DNA of 64,000 bases from Lama glama (lineage: Eukaryota). The stretch is from NCBI GenBank assembly GCA_028534125.1, contig CM052816.1, positions 69,814,001-69,878,000 on the forward strand. Reading direction: 5' to 3'. Of the stretch, positions 1 through 13,035 are shown piece after piece. Both the position numbers and the translations under genes were made by a program. The notes under the pieces are model-generated. The model had not been told where the DNA came from. It was given only the letters and a program-made list of their open reading frames with translations, and did no database searches. Within the stretch, counting starts at the first letter, position 1; each line of letters begins with the position of its first letter.

Positions 1-1621
1 TGAAGTATTTCCTGGGTAATTTGATAGGGATTGTATTAAATCTGTAGACTGCCTTGGGCAGTATGACCATTTTAACAATATTGATTCTTCCAATCCAGGA
101 GCATGGGATATCTTTCCATTTTTTTAAGTTTTTAATTTCCTTAAGCAATGTTTTATAGTTCTCCGTGTATAATTCTTTCACCTCCTTGGTTAGATTTATT
201 CCTAGGTATTTTATTACTTTGGGTGCTATTTTAAAAGGGATTGTTCCTTTACTTTCTTTTCCTGTTGATTCATCATTAGTGTAAAGAAATGCAACTGATT
301 TTTGTACTTTAATCTTGTAACCTGCTACCTTGCTGAATTCTTTGATTAGTTCTAGTAGTTTTTGTGTGGAACTTTTAGGGTTTTCTATGTATAGCATCAT
401 GTCATCTGCATATAGTGACAATTTTACCTCTCTTCCAACTTGGATCCTTTTTATTTCTTTCTCTTGCCTGATTGCTGTGGCTAGGACTTCCTTGATTTTG
501 TTGAATAGGAGTGATGAGAATGGACAGCCTCGTCTTGTCCCAGATTTTAGTGGGAAGGTTTTCAGTTTTTCACTGTTGAGTACTATGCTGGCTGTAGGTT
601 TGTCATATATAGCTTTTATTATGTTGAGATATGTTCCCTCTATATCCACTTTGGTGAGAGTTTTTATCATAAATTGGTGTTGAATTTTATCAAATGCTTT
701 TTCTACATCTATTGAGATGATCATGTGGTTTTTGTCCTTTTCTCTTGTTGATGTGATGTATTACATTGATTGATTTGCATATGTTGAACCATCCTTGTGT
801 CCCTGGGATGAACCCAAGTTGATCATGGTGTATAATCTTTTTTATGTGCTGTTGGATCCTATTTGCTAATATTTTGGTAAGGATTTTTGCATCTATGTTC
901 ATCAGTGATATTGGTCTGTAATTCTCTTTTTTGGTAGTGTCTTTGTCTGGCTTTGGTATCAGGGTGATGGTGGCTTCATAGAATAAGTTTGGGAGTATTT
1001 CTTCCTTTTCAGTCTTCTGGAAGAGTTTGAGAAGGACAGGTATGAGTTCTTCTTTGTATGTTTGGTAGAATTCCCCAGTGAAGCTGTCTGGTCTTGGTCC
1101 CTATTTGTAGGGAGGTTTTTTATTGCTAATTTGATTTCATTTGTAGTGATCAGTTGGTTCAAGTAGTCAGTTTCTTCCTGATTCAGTCTTGGTGGACTGT
1201 ATGTTTCCAAAAATTTGTCCATTTCTTCTAGGTTATCCATTTTGTTTCCATATAGTTCTTCATAGTATTCCCATATGATATTTTGTATTTCTGTGATATT
1301 GGTTGTAATTTCTCCATTTTTCTTTCTTATTTTGCTTATTTGTGCTCTCTCTTTTCTTTGTGAGCTTGGCCAGAGGTTTGTCAATTTTATTTACTCGTTC
1401 AAAAAATCAGCTCTTGGTTTGCTTCATTTTTTTCTATTGTTTTTTTAATCTCTATTTTATTTATTTCCTCCCTGATCTTATGATTTCCTTCCTTCTGCTG
1501 ACTTTTGGGGTTTTTTGCTCTTCTTTTTCTAATTCTTTTAGCTGGTAGGTTAGAATTTTTTATTTGAGATTGTTCTTTTTTAAGGCCTGTATCGCTATAA
1601 ACTTCCCTCTTAGCACTGCCC
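1..1621 (-). mobile_element. LINE-1 fragment, ORF2 (end of endonuclease through reverse transcriptase), frameshifted; continues beyond the window's left edge
   Basis: Minus ORFs 690..902 ([34 protein letters not shown]) and 959..1384 (NLEEMDKFLETYSPPRLNQEE) are classic L1 ORF2 motifs. Confidence 0.97.
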
Positions 1622-1733
1622 AGAGTGTTCATTTTTTATAACAATTTTTGAATGGTATAAAGGGCTTTCACAATTATGCTGACTTCTGTTTGACCCATAA
1701 AGGAAAGACATGTTCTGGTTTTGCTTTTCTCAG

Positions 1734-1778
1734 ATGACTCCAGCCACCAATACTTTACATAACTCTTGACTTTTCAAG
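1734..1778 (+). other. Candidate 45-nt cassette exon with stops in all three frames (phase 1 reads xDSSHQYFT*)
   Basis: Acceptor tgttctggttttgcttttctcag|A and strong donor AAG|GTAAGA. Confidence 0.3.
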
Positions 1779-3004
1779 GTAAGACATTTAGGTTTAAAGT
1801 ACTTCCATGGAAGGAAAAATAGTATTTACCCTCACGTCCCCCCTCTGTCCCCTTTCCCGTCTGTCTGACCAGCCTGTGTATCTTTATGTAATCATTTTTT
1901 AGAAACTGATTCCCCTGTCTGGAATGCATATCTAAACAGAGGACTAGGTAACCCTGATACATGAGGCTAAGGGAATTGTTTCCCTTTTCCTATATACAGA
2001 CTCTGAAGATGATCTTTCTTGGGTACTCTCTATTTCTGTTTGCAGAAGAAAAGAATGCAATTCAGAAATGAAATTACAGTGCTTTTTCTAAAGTATAAAT
2101 ACATGGGCCCTTATAGAGACTGGTAAATTCATTAGTCTTAAAGCAGACATCCAAGCTATTGTGGGGGTTTGGATGACACCATCTTTACAGTAGGAAATCA
2201 TTGCATCCTGAGTGTGCACTGGGCATTGGTTGCAGCAGTGAGTTTTATGTGGTGTAGACACCTAAAGGTGAGAGAAGAGACAATGCAGACATCTTGCATG
2301 AGCTCTGCTGAGCATTAGATGATGTTCTTCTTGAACCAATCATCCCGGCAGCCATTTCCTGGAATAACAAGGTCCTTGGGATTTTTTTTCCCCACATGTA
2401 ACCCGTAAATATGTCCATATTTACAAAGAGAGAAGATAAATGAATGAATACCAGTGATAATTTGTAGAATTTGAATAACTGGATGTATTTGTTTGTAAAA
2501 TCTTCAAAGTTGAGTCTCAGTGTATGCCTCATATTTATAAAGGGTATTCAGCAAAGCCTCTTCCTCTCCTTAACCCAAAATGACTTGCTGAATTTTAATC
2601 CTTTAATATCTATATTTCATAGGGAGCTTGGAGAATCAGAAGTGGAGGAAAAGATCTCAGGAGTCCTGGGATCCTTTCTAGTGAGATCACAGCCAGAACA
2701 GTGACATTGATTTTTATACCTAGATACTTGTATTTACTTTGCAATTAAAAAAAAATTTTTTAATCCAAGTGCTGATCTGAAAATACTGCGCTCATTGGTG
2801 TCTAAACTACTCAAGAAACCATACATCACTCCCCATCTCCTAGAACCTTCTCTGGCATTCAGATTCCTGTGTTCAAATCTGAACTGTAATCAAAGACCCA
2901 TCTCAAATCCTGCCTCCTCATAAAGATTCCAGGAATTTGAACTGCTGTCAGTCTGTGTCTGCGCTGATCAGGAGGATGGGAACACAGTGCTATGAGCTGA
3001 TGTC

Positions 3005-3230
3005 TATGCAGTGCCTCCTACACGCCGGACACTAAGCCAAATACTCTCCAGACAGCCTCTCACCTAGTCCACAGGATAGCCTAAAAGACTTAGTAATGTT
3101 ATTATCACCATGTTGATGAAGACACTGAAGCTTAAGGAGGTTAAGAGATGTACTAAGGTCACATAATTAGTAAGGGCAAAGCCAGAAATTGAACCCAGGC
3201 TGAGGGTCTGGAGACCACCACTCTGTAGTC
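3005..3230 (-). mobile_element. MIR SINE
   Basis: gaggttaagagatgtactaaggtcacataattagtaagggcaaagccagaaattgaacccagg is the reverse complement of the MIR core. Confidence 0.75.
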
Positions 3231-4149
3231 CAGCTTGAGTTTCTGTCTCATTCAGATCACAGATTTTAGGCTCTTGGTGATGCTTAGTTTTCATTGCACT
3301 GTATTGGTCCTGTAGCCTCTCCTTGTTACATGCTTTTAATTTCAGATTCCCAAACACAACTACGATGACCCTAACCTCCACGTCCTGTGTTCCTGTATGC
3401 TCCTTTTTCAGAGCATAGTGTGGTCCTAAATGTGTGGTCCTCACTCACCTGTGTCCTAGATATGTGTCCTAGTACATGTGTGGTCAGTGTTTGCTGAGGT
3501 TTATAAGATCCAATACCATCACTTTTCCATTAAGAAACCAGTTAAGTGTCTTGCATAATGTCCCAGAGTTAGTAAGTACCATGAGAAATAGACAAAAAGT
3601 TCAAGAAAAAAGTCGAGGTGTCTGTAATTTAGGGCAAATAAGTAAGTTTAAAGTTCAGAATTAAAAAGCAATCTTGGAAATGGATGCTTCGCATGACACA
3701 GATTTTTATTACAGGCAGTAGAAGGAGACTTTTGGAAAAAATGTTAAAAGACAATTATAAGCACCTTTTGAGATATTTGAAATTTTTCTTCTGTCTAATA
3801 CGTCTAACTTAAGAGTTTCCTGATTTGAATATATTGCTTATCTTCTCCATAAATTCATGGACACTGATTTGGGTATTGGGGACTCACAAACTTCATTGAC
3901 TTTGAAAAGAATTGGAAGACAGAGAGGAGATATACAAAGGAGGAAAAAAGGCACGTAAATGCATATCCATGTTTTGTGGGAGGAAACTGCAGCACCCAGT
4001 GCCACCCGCAGATGCTGCCGTTGGCCAGAGGCAGCTTGGTCGCTGTCGTTTGCTGGGGACAAGGGACAGGGGTCGTGGTTGTGAGCGGGAATGAGAAAAG
4101 GACAACAGGGTGGCTTTGGCCATTCACAGAAAGAAAATTAGACTAAATG

Positions 4150-4300
4150 TTAGGAGTTTTGGTTCATGCCCAGAACCTTCTTAGATGACCTTGGGTTTAA
4201 TCATTTCACCCAACAGGGTCTTGGTACCCTTATCTGTAAAATGAGAGGGTTGAAATAGGTGATGTGTCAGTCCCCTTCTGGCTCAAAAATTCTGACTCTA
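4150..4300 (+). mobile_element. MIR/MIR3 SINE fragment
   Basis: tgaccttggg...atctgtaaaatgagagggttg...tccccttctggctc...attctg matches MIR core and MIR3-like tail. Confidence 0.6.
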
Positions 4301-6458
4301 TGAATATCTTTTTCATATCAGTTCTTTGGAATGAATCTTATTTTCAATTCATCTAAACAGTTTTAAAATGCTGTTTAGAATAATTAAAGTAACACTAAGA
4401 AAGGCTTGAAAAGTAATCAACAAAATTGTGAATATCTCCCATAACGTCGTTTGTGTGACAATCTGCTAAAATTTTTTAAGCTAATAAAAGTAGAAGACAA
4501 ATACCAAGTGAGTGCTTTTTAAGAACACTAAGGAGACATGATGGCAACTTTCCAAAGGCTGCTAAAGCACTCCGTCTGCTCCTCCCAGCTGTTACTTCTC
4601 AAGGTGCTCACAGGCCTTAGGGAATCTGACACAATGTCAGACAAATACCTTTCTCCCGACGCTTTTATTACCTCCTTTTCCTGAAAGTCATAATCTAACA
4701 CCAGGAAGAGAAGTCATAGTCATGTCTCATTTATCTCCCAGGCTCCACTTTCTAACTGAAAATGTTCATTCATGGGTCTTTCAAATGGAATCTTAAGCTT
4801 TAGTTGCAAATGTTTGTCTTTTCAATTTTTATAATGTTTACGTGGTCTGAAAAAAAGAAATAACGAGGTTCTTAAAAAATTTTGTTTGAACAAATAAAAC
4901 TTGATCAATGTTTTGGATATTACAAGATTTTTAATTTGACATGCCCAAGACTATACCAGAAATAAGAGAATGTCAAAGTCTAAGTTGCTAGTAAATGAGT
5001 TGCTCTAAGTAAATCACCCTTACTTGAGAAAGCTGTGTGCATTTGACAACTTTCAGGGTGTGTAATTCATCCCCAGCACTCAAAGATCATTTTACCAAGT
5101 AGCCTTTTACCAAAGGAGTAGGGGGACAGCCTACCCATCAGAGGCAGCTGCATCATATTTATGGAGATATAAAGTTTTATGGTCTTCAAAATTAGATCAC
5201 AAATACAAACTTGTGTTTCAAGTGGGGGAGATATAAGTTTTTTTTCAGGCATGCAGGTGGTTATTTGTTTGTTTTGAGTTGTATGAGTTTCATTCTGTCT
5301 GACCCTTACCAATGGCAGCTGACAAAGACCAGAACTTAAATGATACCGGGAGCAGCACTCTGCAAAATATGTTTGATCCTAAGTTTGAAGTTACCTCTCT
5401 TCACAAGACTTCATTAGGGTAGAGTTGTGATTATACTGTCGTCTCCAATGGCTGCCTCTTTCATCAATCATTACAATAACTACAAGTTTAATTTATGTCA
5501 TTTGTATTTTCTTTTTGTAAATTTTTTGGAGCATGCTCTATATACACTAGGCATTCAACGAATGCCTGTCAGTCAGCAGCATTTATTGAGTACTGCTCTA
5601 CATGAAACATCTATAAAGGAAAGTGAACATCATCAAGGGAATAGACATGTTTCAAGTTGTGTCTCTCTTGTGTTTCTGGTTTGGGATCTACACAGCTCAG
5701 CTGCCAGCAGAGGTGGAAAAGTGGCTGTCCTTTTCCTGTTGAATTGGTGTGTACAAGTCTGAGTTTCCATCACCTACTCTAGGTCAAGGCAGTGTTACGT
5801 CAGTATGGAACACTACATGTGAATCAGTTGTCAAAATAGTGAAGTACTGGCCCATCCCTATAAGCTCTCCCCTGTTTATCTAACTGCGTTTAGTCCTTCC
5901 CCATGACCTGAGCTACCCCACCATCCCATAACCAAAGGGATAGTTCCTGGCTTAGCAGGAAGCCTCTAGAGACATGTTCCAGCACAACTGCCAAACCGTT
6001 TGGATTGAAAAATACCCTTCTTGAGTATTTGAAATATTCCCCCTTATACTAGGCATTATCTACACAGAAGGTTATCAAAACTTTGAGAATGACTGCATAA
6101 AGTTATTACAGTCATTGTCATTTAAAAGACAAAACAGATTGAGGGACTAACTGAACTAGCATAGAACAGTGGTCCATTTATGATGAAAAATCAGCTGCTT
6201 CTCCTGGTCCTCGGGCAGGGGCCAGTTCTGAACCATGTTGCAGCCCTGTTAGTAAACACAGACAAAGGGATGGAAATGTTCACTGAACTGTACAGAGGTG
6301 GGTATAGACTTCAGACCGAAGGAAGGAAAGAACTGAAATTTGGAGAAGGCTAGAAACTCAAACTAATGACACAGCATAAGAATTGGTCTTCTTCATTACA
6401 AAGTGGCTGGCAGGCAAAGATCCACAATTAACCAGTAAATCAAATGGTGCTACTGTGT

Positions 6459-6540
6459 AAGTGAAATGAAACAGGAAGTGGTTTGACGAGCAGGCGCGGG
6501 TGGAGTCCAACTTGTCACTCAGGAGTTCCTTGCTTTAAAG
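6459..6540 (+). promoter_or_regulatory. Candidate IRF/ETS composite regulatory element followed by a splice donor
   Basis: AAGTGAAATGAAACAGGAAGTGGTTT at 6459-6484, small CpG cluster, donor AAG|GTATGC at 6540/6541. Confidence 0.35.
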
Positions 6541-6949
6541 GTATGCATTAACTTTTAACCCATGGATAGCGCTGATACATCCATAAAAGTGAATTCCAGA
6601 ACTGAATTTGGTGTTTAAAAAGAAGAAACCTGAGTAGCACAGTGTGAGAAGCAGGGATGCGACATAGTGGTTTTCAAACTATTTGTTCTTGTAAACACCC
6701 GGCCCCTTGTTTATCAGTTCTGCTTTTAATGTTTTATGTACGTTACCCTGTTTCTCCCTGAGTGAAATCACCTGCAAAAATCAGTCCCATGTTAATTTTT
6801 ACTAATCTCTCTTATAACTAGTGGGAAAATAAAGCACTTCTATTCTGGAACATAAGTTCGAAGTTGAGACCAGAACTGCCATAATGTGGGTTTGTACTTA
6901 GCTAGTTACAATAGCTGTTAGGGAGACAGTACACTCCCATGGGTCAGAA

Positions 6950-7130
6950 CACGGTTCTCGAGTTTGACCTAGGACTGAACGTTGATTTCATCATCTCTTA
7001 GCTCTTTGCCCTTGGATAAGTCACCTACCTCTCTGAGACCCTGTTCCTCTATGAGTTTTAAATGTAGGTGATAATGCTACCTGACAGAGCTGTAATGAAA
7101 ATAAATGAGGTAATAGTTCTATGTCGTTTG
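6950..7130 (+). mobile_element. MIR SINE
   Basis: ccttggataagtcacctacctctctgagacc...gataatgctacctgacagagctgtaatgaaaataaatgag. Confidence 0.65.
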
Positions 7131-7169
7131 GAATAAGTAACGTGAGTTGCTATGAAGTCTGCAGTCTCA

Positions 7170-7490
7170 GTCGCTTACTATAGTTTATTTCTTGGTCACT
7201 TTGCAGTCCTGTGTGGGTCAGGAAGGCACCCTGCTCCTTGTAATTATTTATGGATTCTGATACCTTCCATCTCAAGCTGCTCTCTTTTGGGTCCTTAGGG
7301 TTCCCTCAATTCAACCTCCTGTGGGAAAACAAAAGAGCAAAGATTATGCATGAAAGAAGAGGGCATCACAGAAATTTTGGTTGTTCTGTAGATGGAAGGG
7401 GTATACATCCCTTGTGCTCCCACTCCCAGGACGCAGTCACCTGTCCACACCTAACCTGGCAGAGGCTGAGGTCCAGCCTTTGACACTGAA
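7170..7490. mobile_element. Degraded ERVL-MaLR (old MLT1-type) LTR fragment
   Basis: Resemblance such as ccttccatct...ctcccactcccaggacgcagtcacctgtccacacctaac; weak. Confidence 0.4.
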
Positions 7491-7608
7491 AGAAGAGGAG
7501 TGTAGATATCTCTGTGCATTAGTGGTTTTGCCCATTGTCTAAGACACTGACCACAGTGCTTGGCACATAGTAAATCATCAGTTTTGTTTTTGTTTTTTTT
7601 CAATCCAG

Positions 7609-7803
7609 GAGCACCCAGGGAGCTACTACAGTGCTCCAGACCATTTTAGCAGTTGCTCAAGAACTATGCAAATTAGTACAAAGCCATAGAAACACATACC
7701 TTCCATCAGGGAGCCATTTTTGCATAAAGTGACAGGAGCATAAATTACGAAAGCCAACCAAGCAGAGATACGCACCAAGTTGAAGCCAAGAACCAAAACC
7801 CAT
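7609..7803 (+). other. Candidate exon of 195 nt, stops in all frames (phase 1 reads xAPRELLQCSRPF*)
   Basis: T-rich tract plus caatccag|G acceptor; donor CAT|GTGAGA. Confidence 0.2.
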
Positions 7804-8977
7804 GTGAGAACCTTTCATCTTGTCCACAAATACATTTCAGCTTTGAATATGTAGTGAAAAAAGTTTGTTGAGTTGGGCTATTTTTAGTAAAATACCCCCA
7901 CAATTTTTTTATGAAAAACACTTGTGGAAAGGAAAAATTGGAGGTTCAGCATGAGATTTTTTTTTTTTTAATTCTTCTTGAGAAAGAGACAAGTGGAAAA
8001 ACTCCTAAGGGCAGAGGTGGGAGAGTGGGGAACACAGTTTTTATATTTAGAAGACCCAGGTTCAAATCCTAGCTTTCTAGTAAGTAGTTCTAAGTTTCAC
8101 TCGTAAAAGTTACTCATTTTTGAGCACCTCTCCTGGGGAGTCATTTACCTGTATTTGTGCCCCATCTGTACCAGAACTCTTCAAGGACAGGTGTTTATCT
8201 CTACTTAAAAAAAAATCAGGAAACAAACACTTGAAGACATGAAATGACTGGTTTAAGCTTACATGTTTAGAAAGCGGCAGGACAGTGGTCCGTTTCAAGT
8301 GGCAGAGTGCTAATGTGAGAACCAAAGCTGTGGGTATGAGAAGAGGAAGGGATGATTCAAACGCATGGTGCTCCCCAGCCCTGTGTGGAAGGGGCACTCC
8401 GTAAACATCAGTCCCCTTTGCCTCCCCTACTCCCATCCTTGTTGCCCTTCCAGAAATACACCAGCTGCCACGGTTCTTTGATCTGGAGGTCATAGCTATT
8501 TATTAAGTATACACACAAGTGTGCTACTCAAACCTTCCCTTCCCCATCCTCTCTTGTTTCCCTAAACTACTATATGCTTCCTTTCATATTACTGTTTGTA
8601 CAAGCACTGTGTTTGTCCTATTCCTTTTCTTCATTCTAAGAAAGATGAGCATGTTCGTGCTGTTCTGCACTCCACTAGAGTTAAGTCCTCTTGGCAGGAG
8701 TGCAGTTATTTTTGCAAGAGGTGGCTATTCTTCTTTTGTAGGTTCTACTGTGAATACTCAGAGGTTCTGTAAACCATTCCACATTCATTTCAGTGGCTTC
8801 CCCGATTCCTTCCAAGCTGAGGGAGTGTGACAACGGAAAGAGCTTTTGCTATTTAGTACTCAGTGTGTTGTATAACACCTTTGGCACACATCTCCTAGAC
8901 TTACGATTCAGTACTTGAAGTTGATAAAGAAAATTGTCTGACTGCTGATCTTTGCAATATGGTTCCTGTTTTCACAG

Positions 8978-9016
8978 AGATTGGCAGTGATCTATAACAA
9001 AAGCCTCAATGGGGAG
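8978..9016 (+). CDS. Candidate 39-nt penultimate/last-coding exon of an unidentified gene (phase 0 RLAVIYNKSLNGE; phase 1 xIGSDL*; phase 2 xDWQ*)
   Basis: Branch-point-like ctgac/ctgat at ~8938-8949, acceptor ttcctgttttcacag|A, donor GAG|GTATGT, non-repetitive flanks. Confidence 0.45.
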
Positions 9017-11879
9017 GTATGTAAAGGATATGTTCTGCCCTGTACAGTTGCCCAGTGAACGTTCATCCACACCTGTTACATTTAAGATGAACCATTGAAG
9101 TGACCCTTCCCAATTGAGGACAGAACCAAGGGCAGAAATAAAAAGCCAGATAAAAATCCAGAAGATAAGAAATCAGTTGCATATGTCTTGTACTAATTTA
9201 ACTGTACAGTTAGGTTATAGATTTGTGTTGATACTTTTTAAGTTTAAAGGACCTTCAAAAGGAATACAATTTGGCTTTTTTTTTTACTGTTAGCCTCACC
9301 ATATTACACCTCTCACCCTTCAATGTATAGGTTCCAATCAGCTCCTCAAATGAGAACTGTTTTTGAAAATTTCATCTGCTTTGTATACTTAAAGTTCTTT
9401 CCAGTATTCAGACTCTTTGATTTTGTTTGCTAAACGTTTGTCCTGGGCCTGTGTTGCTTGCTGTTACTTTTGAGCCAGATTTTAAGAGCTTCAGATATAT
9501 TAGTATGCAATCCCCTGTTTGGGTTTTTAAAAGCCTCACTATCATCTTTGAAAATTGTTGAAATTCTGCTGAGTTTGAGAAGCCTCTTTCACTCCATGCC
9601 TGCCGCCCAAATCCAAATCACTCTCATTATCACATTTATGTAAATATTTTTGATATTACCCATTGCCAGATACCTTTAAAATGTCTGCTTTTTTCCAAGT
9701 CGGTCTCTATTTTCCTTCTCTCGGCAAATTCTCTGCATGATTCCTTAATTCATTAGTAGTTACACACTCGGGTGTCTAGTGTTCTTGGCTGTGGTACAAA
9801 TCCGAGCCTCAGCTATCTCGTGGCCATATGTTCTTATTGCAGATGCCATGTGATTTCCAGGAATGGGAAACTCAGAGCCTCTTTCCAGTCTCCATTGAAG
9901 ATTGATAGCTTAGAGTACACAATATGTGTTAAGCACAGTGCTGTCTTATGTCTATTTACCAAATGCATTTTGAGGAATTTAGCTTCAGTTTGGATTGCCA
10001 GGTCAGTCCTGGCAGACTCATAAAATAAGAAGCAAAAGGGTCCCCTTCACTCCTCTGGTGAGGAGTTTGATAAATGAGGGATTAGAGCAACGTGAAATCC
10101 TCCTAGAGGCGATGCAAAGATTGCCTGCAGCTTCCCCTGAGTATCAGAGAAGGTTCACCATAGCTGCTCTTCTCAAGCCAGAAACTTGAAAAGCACTACT
10201 TTCTGGATCAATAAGAATCTGGGATATAAACTAGTAGCTTTTTGTAAAAGAGATCTGTTCCCTGAAGAGTAGTCTCTGGGATGGGAGAGGGGGATGGGGT
10301 AGCTTTCTCCATCTGTATGTTCTGTGAAGGCAGAGACTTCAGATTTTCTGTGTGTGGTTAGTGCCCAGATTGTGTATAGACTCCCAATAAACATCGATGA
10401 TAAAGTTGATGGAAAGTTCTCAATCTGAGCTCTCATTTCTGAAGAATGAAACCCTTGTCTGAAAGGTGTCTGTATCTTATCTCTACCAGGATCCTATACA
10501 GGCTTGGGCCTTTGGAGTCATTCTCCATCAAATTGGCTATGTTCAAATTCCTAAGAGAATTGTTTGATGAGTCAATCTATTGGTATGTTCCACTAATCTT
10601 CATATCTGAAGTGATATCAGAGCCACACTTAATGAGTTGCAGCTCTCAAATAAGTTGCTACATTGGACCTAAAAGGCTTTTCTCAGCCAAGTCCAGATAT
10701 CCCCTTTCCCTTATCTGCTTACTTTCAGGTGCCTTCTGCAGAACAAATGGCTGATCCTTTTCCAAAGGGACAGAATTTCCTATCTGATGCTTTTGTTCCC
10801 CAGAAAGAAAAGAAAGTGAAAACTGTTGTCTTCCCCTAGGATATTGAATCCAGAGCAAACTGAAGCTTTGTGGGTTTCTTTTATCGGAGTTGCCTTCATA
10901 TAAATATGAATAGGTGATTCCTGAGTATCAGAGGTTTGGGTTAGAGTTAAAGCATCTCTTTGAAATGCAGAGCAAAATGAAATTGTAAGACATCAAATGG
11001 TGGGATGTGTGAGTTTCCTAAGAGACCCGTCAGGACTTAATTTTCTCAATGTAATGTCTCCTTGTGATGTTAACAGCCTTGGGGGGAAATTACGTTGAGT
11101 CTACCAATCGCTTAGCCTTTCCCTGGTTTCAAACGAGATTCCCCGTACCTTTATTTTTCCCTCAGAATATTCCAGGTTAGCCGTGCATTTGCTGGGCAGC
11201 CTTAGTACAAATGCCTTAAAAGCTGTACCACCCACTTCTATGGTAGTAGAAACTCTGAAAAAAATAAAACTTTGTGTTCTAGAACCTCATTTTCTATTTT
11301 TCTTTACTGGATTTGACTTTTCACCTGGATCCAGCCCAGTTGGCCTAAAGGTACTCTCGATTAAATCTCTTCTGAGTGTTTTATGAGTAAGTTTTAGAAT
11401 TTCTTCTTTGGAAGAAGAGACGCCAAATTGGGAAGCCGTAGGCAAGCCACATAAAGTCACCAGGCAAGTCCAAAGCCAACCTGAGAATAGAGGTGTTTAG
11501 AATTTCTTACTCAAAATTCAAAATCTATGATGCCCTGGTTGGGACTGTTGTTCTTGGATCAACATGATTCTAAAGAAGAGTGAATGTGACAGGGTGCATA
11601 TTTTGCATATGTCAAATTTCTCCCTTTTACTTTTCCCACTTTCACAACTAAAATCAATCAATAGTGTGGCAGCCAGAATATGGATTTCTCATTGATTGGG
11701 TCCTAAAAGGAGGAGCAGTCAGAAAGAGTATATATTCTGCAAAATAAAATAATGTAGACATTGTTTAAACTGCTTCATGCCAGATTGTAGTTTTCAAGGC
11801 CCTTTATATTATTTTCTCATAATTTATAAATACCATGCACTGTTGCAGTGGTTAGCAACTGTTGACCTCACACCTTCCT

Positions 11880-12030
11880 CTGTGCACTCCCAGCTGTTTT
11901 TATACATGTGTAGCACACTTCATTATGATTAGTGTCTTTCTCACCCAGTCACCTACGTGGCTTGTCTTTCTGCCCCACAGCACAGTGCCTGGCACCTAAT
12001 AAAGCCCCTGCCAAATGAATAAATAAAACT
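11880..12030 (+). mobile_element. L2 LINE 3' end fragment
   Basis: cagcacagtgcctggcacctaataaagcccctgccaaatgaataaat is a typical L2 tail. Confidence 0.6.
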
Positions 12031-12360
12031 ACAGATAATCCCGGTCATCCTGTGTGGAGAAGTGTTTGCAGATCTCCCCCTCCTTCCAGGAGTTTGATTT
12101 GGGGGGCTCCCTGCCCAGCATCTCTGCCCACAAGGCAGGGGCAGGGAGAGCAGAAGAGACTGAAATCCCTTTGGCTCTTCTTGCTCGCAGCTCATTCAGT
12201 TCCATTCCACGAGCACTCACCGAGCACCTGTACCCACCAGCTCAGGGTGCAAGTTCTTCAAGGTAAATAACAGGGCCAGCTTTGGGCAAAGCGCTCTGAG
12301 CCATGTCTTCTTCCTGGAGAATTTACCCTCTAGCGGGGAGATGAAGACCTTAACAAATGA

Positions 12361-12408
12361 TGAATGAATGAATGAATGAATGAACGAACGAACGAACGAA
12401 CGAACGAA
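12361..12408 (+). repeat. Compound microsatellite (TGAA)6(CGAA)6
   Basis: Read directly. Confidence 0.95.
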
Positions 12409-12983
12409 TATATGAATATGTATATAAAACTTGGACTGAGAGAACAGTCAATTTTGGGAGCAAGGAATAGCAAGGAAAACAAAAAACAGAGGCGGCGGTG
12501 AGGGGAGGGATGTTCCAGAATGGGTGAGTTGGATAAGTAGCAGCCTCAAGGTATGAAAATTAATACATGATCTTTCTGGAGAGACAGTAAGACTTTGAGA
12601 TGTAGATTCAAGTAGTGTTGGGGCTCAGGTGATTTAGTTAAAGGTACTTTTCTACCCAATTTAGATTGTGAGTCCTGGGAGGACAGGGACTGTATTCTCC
12701 CTTCTCCATATCCCATACAAGCTTTGTTCAGAGGAGGAGACCAAGAATGTTGGTAGATATAATAAATTCAATGAACTAATACAGACCTTAAAGTAGTGTG
12801 CAAGTATGTGCGTTCTAATTTCTCTCCCATTTCCTTGCCCTGCTCACTGTCTGGTGCATATGAATAATGAACTGACTAAAACACTCAACAGAAGAGAGAA
12901 GACGGAGATAAGGAGAAAGAAGAAAAGTTTATGTTCAGTCTAAACCCTTAGGGGCTGTGACTTCATGTGGGGGGGGGATTGTT

Positions 12984-13035
12984 TATATATGTGTGTGTGT
13001 GTGTGTGTATGTATATATATATATATATATATATA
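12984..13035 (+). repeat. Compound (TG)n/(TA)n microsatellite
   Basis: Read directly. Confidence 0.95.

Noticed and set aside
1774..2532. Minus-strand ORFs 1774..1962 and 2245..2532 as a pseudogene or transposase
   Set aside because: No recognisable motif or domain in the frames examined
3418..3486. Short degenerate tgtg(tg)gtcct/tgtgtcct repeats, CRISPR-like at a glance
   Set aside because: Tiny irregular tandem duplications with no unique spacers in a mammalian context; similar local duplications occur at ~32747 and ~52531
10136..10933. 14-bp direct repeat cctgagtatcagag 784 bp apart as a TSD of a retrocopy
   Set aside because: No poly(A) tail, no TT/AAAA site and no recognisable insert; one such match in 64 kb is compatible with chance
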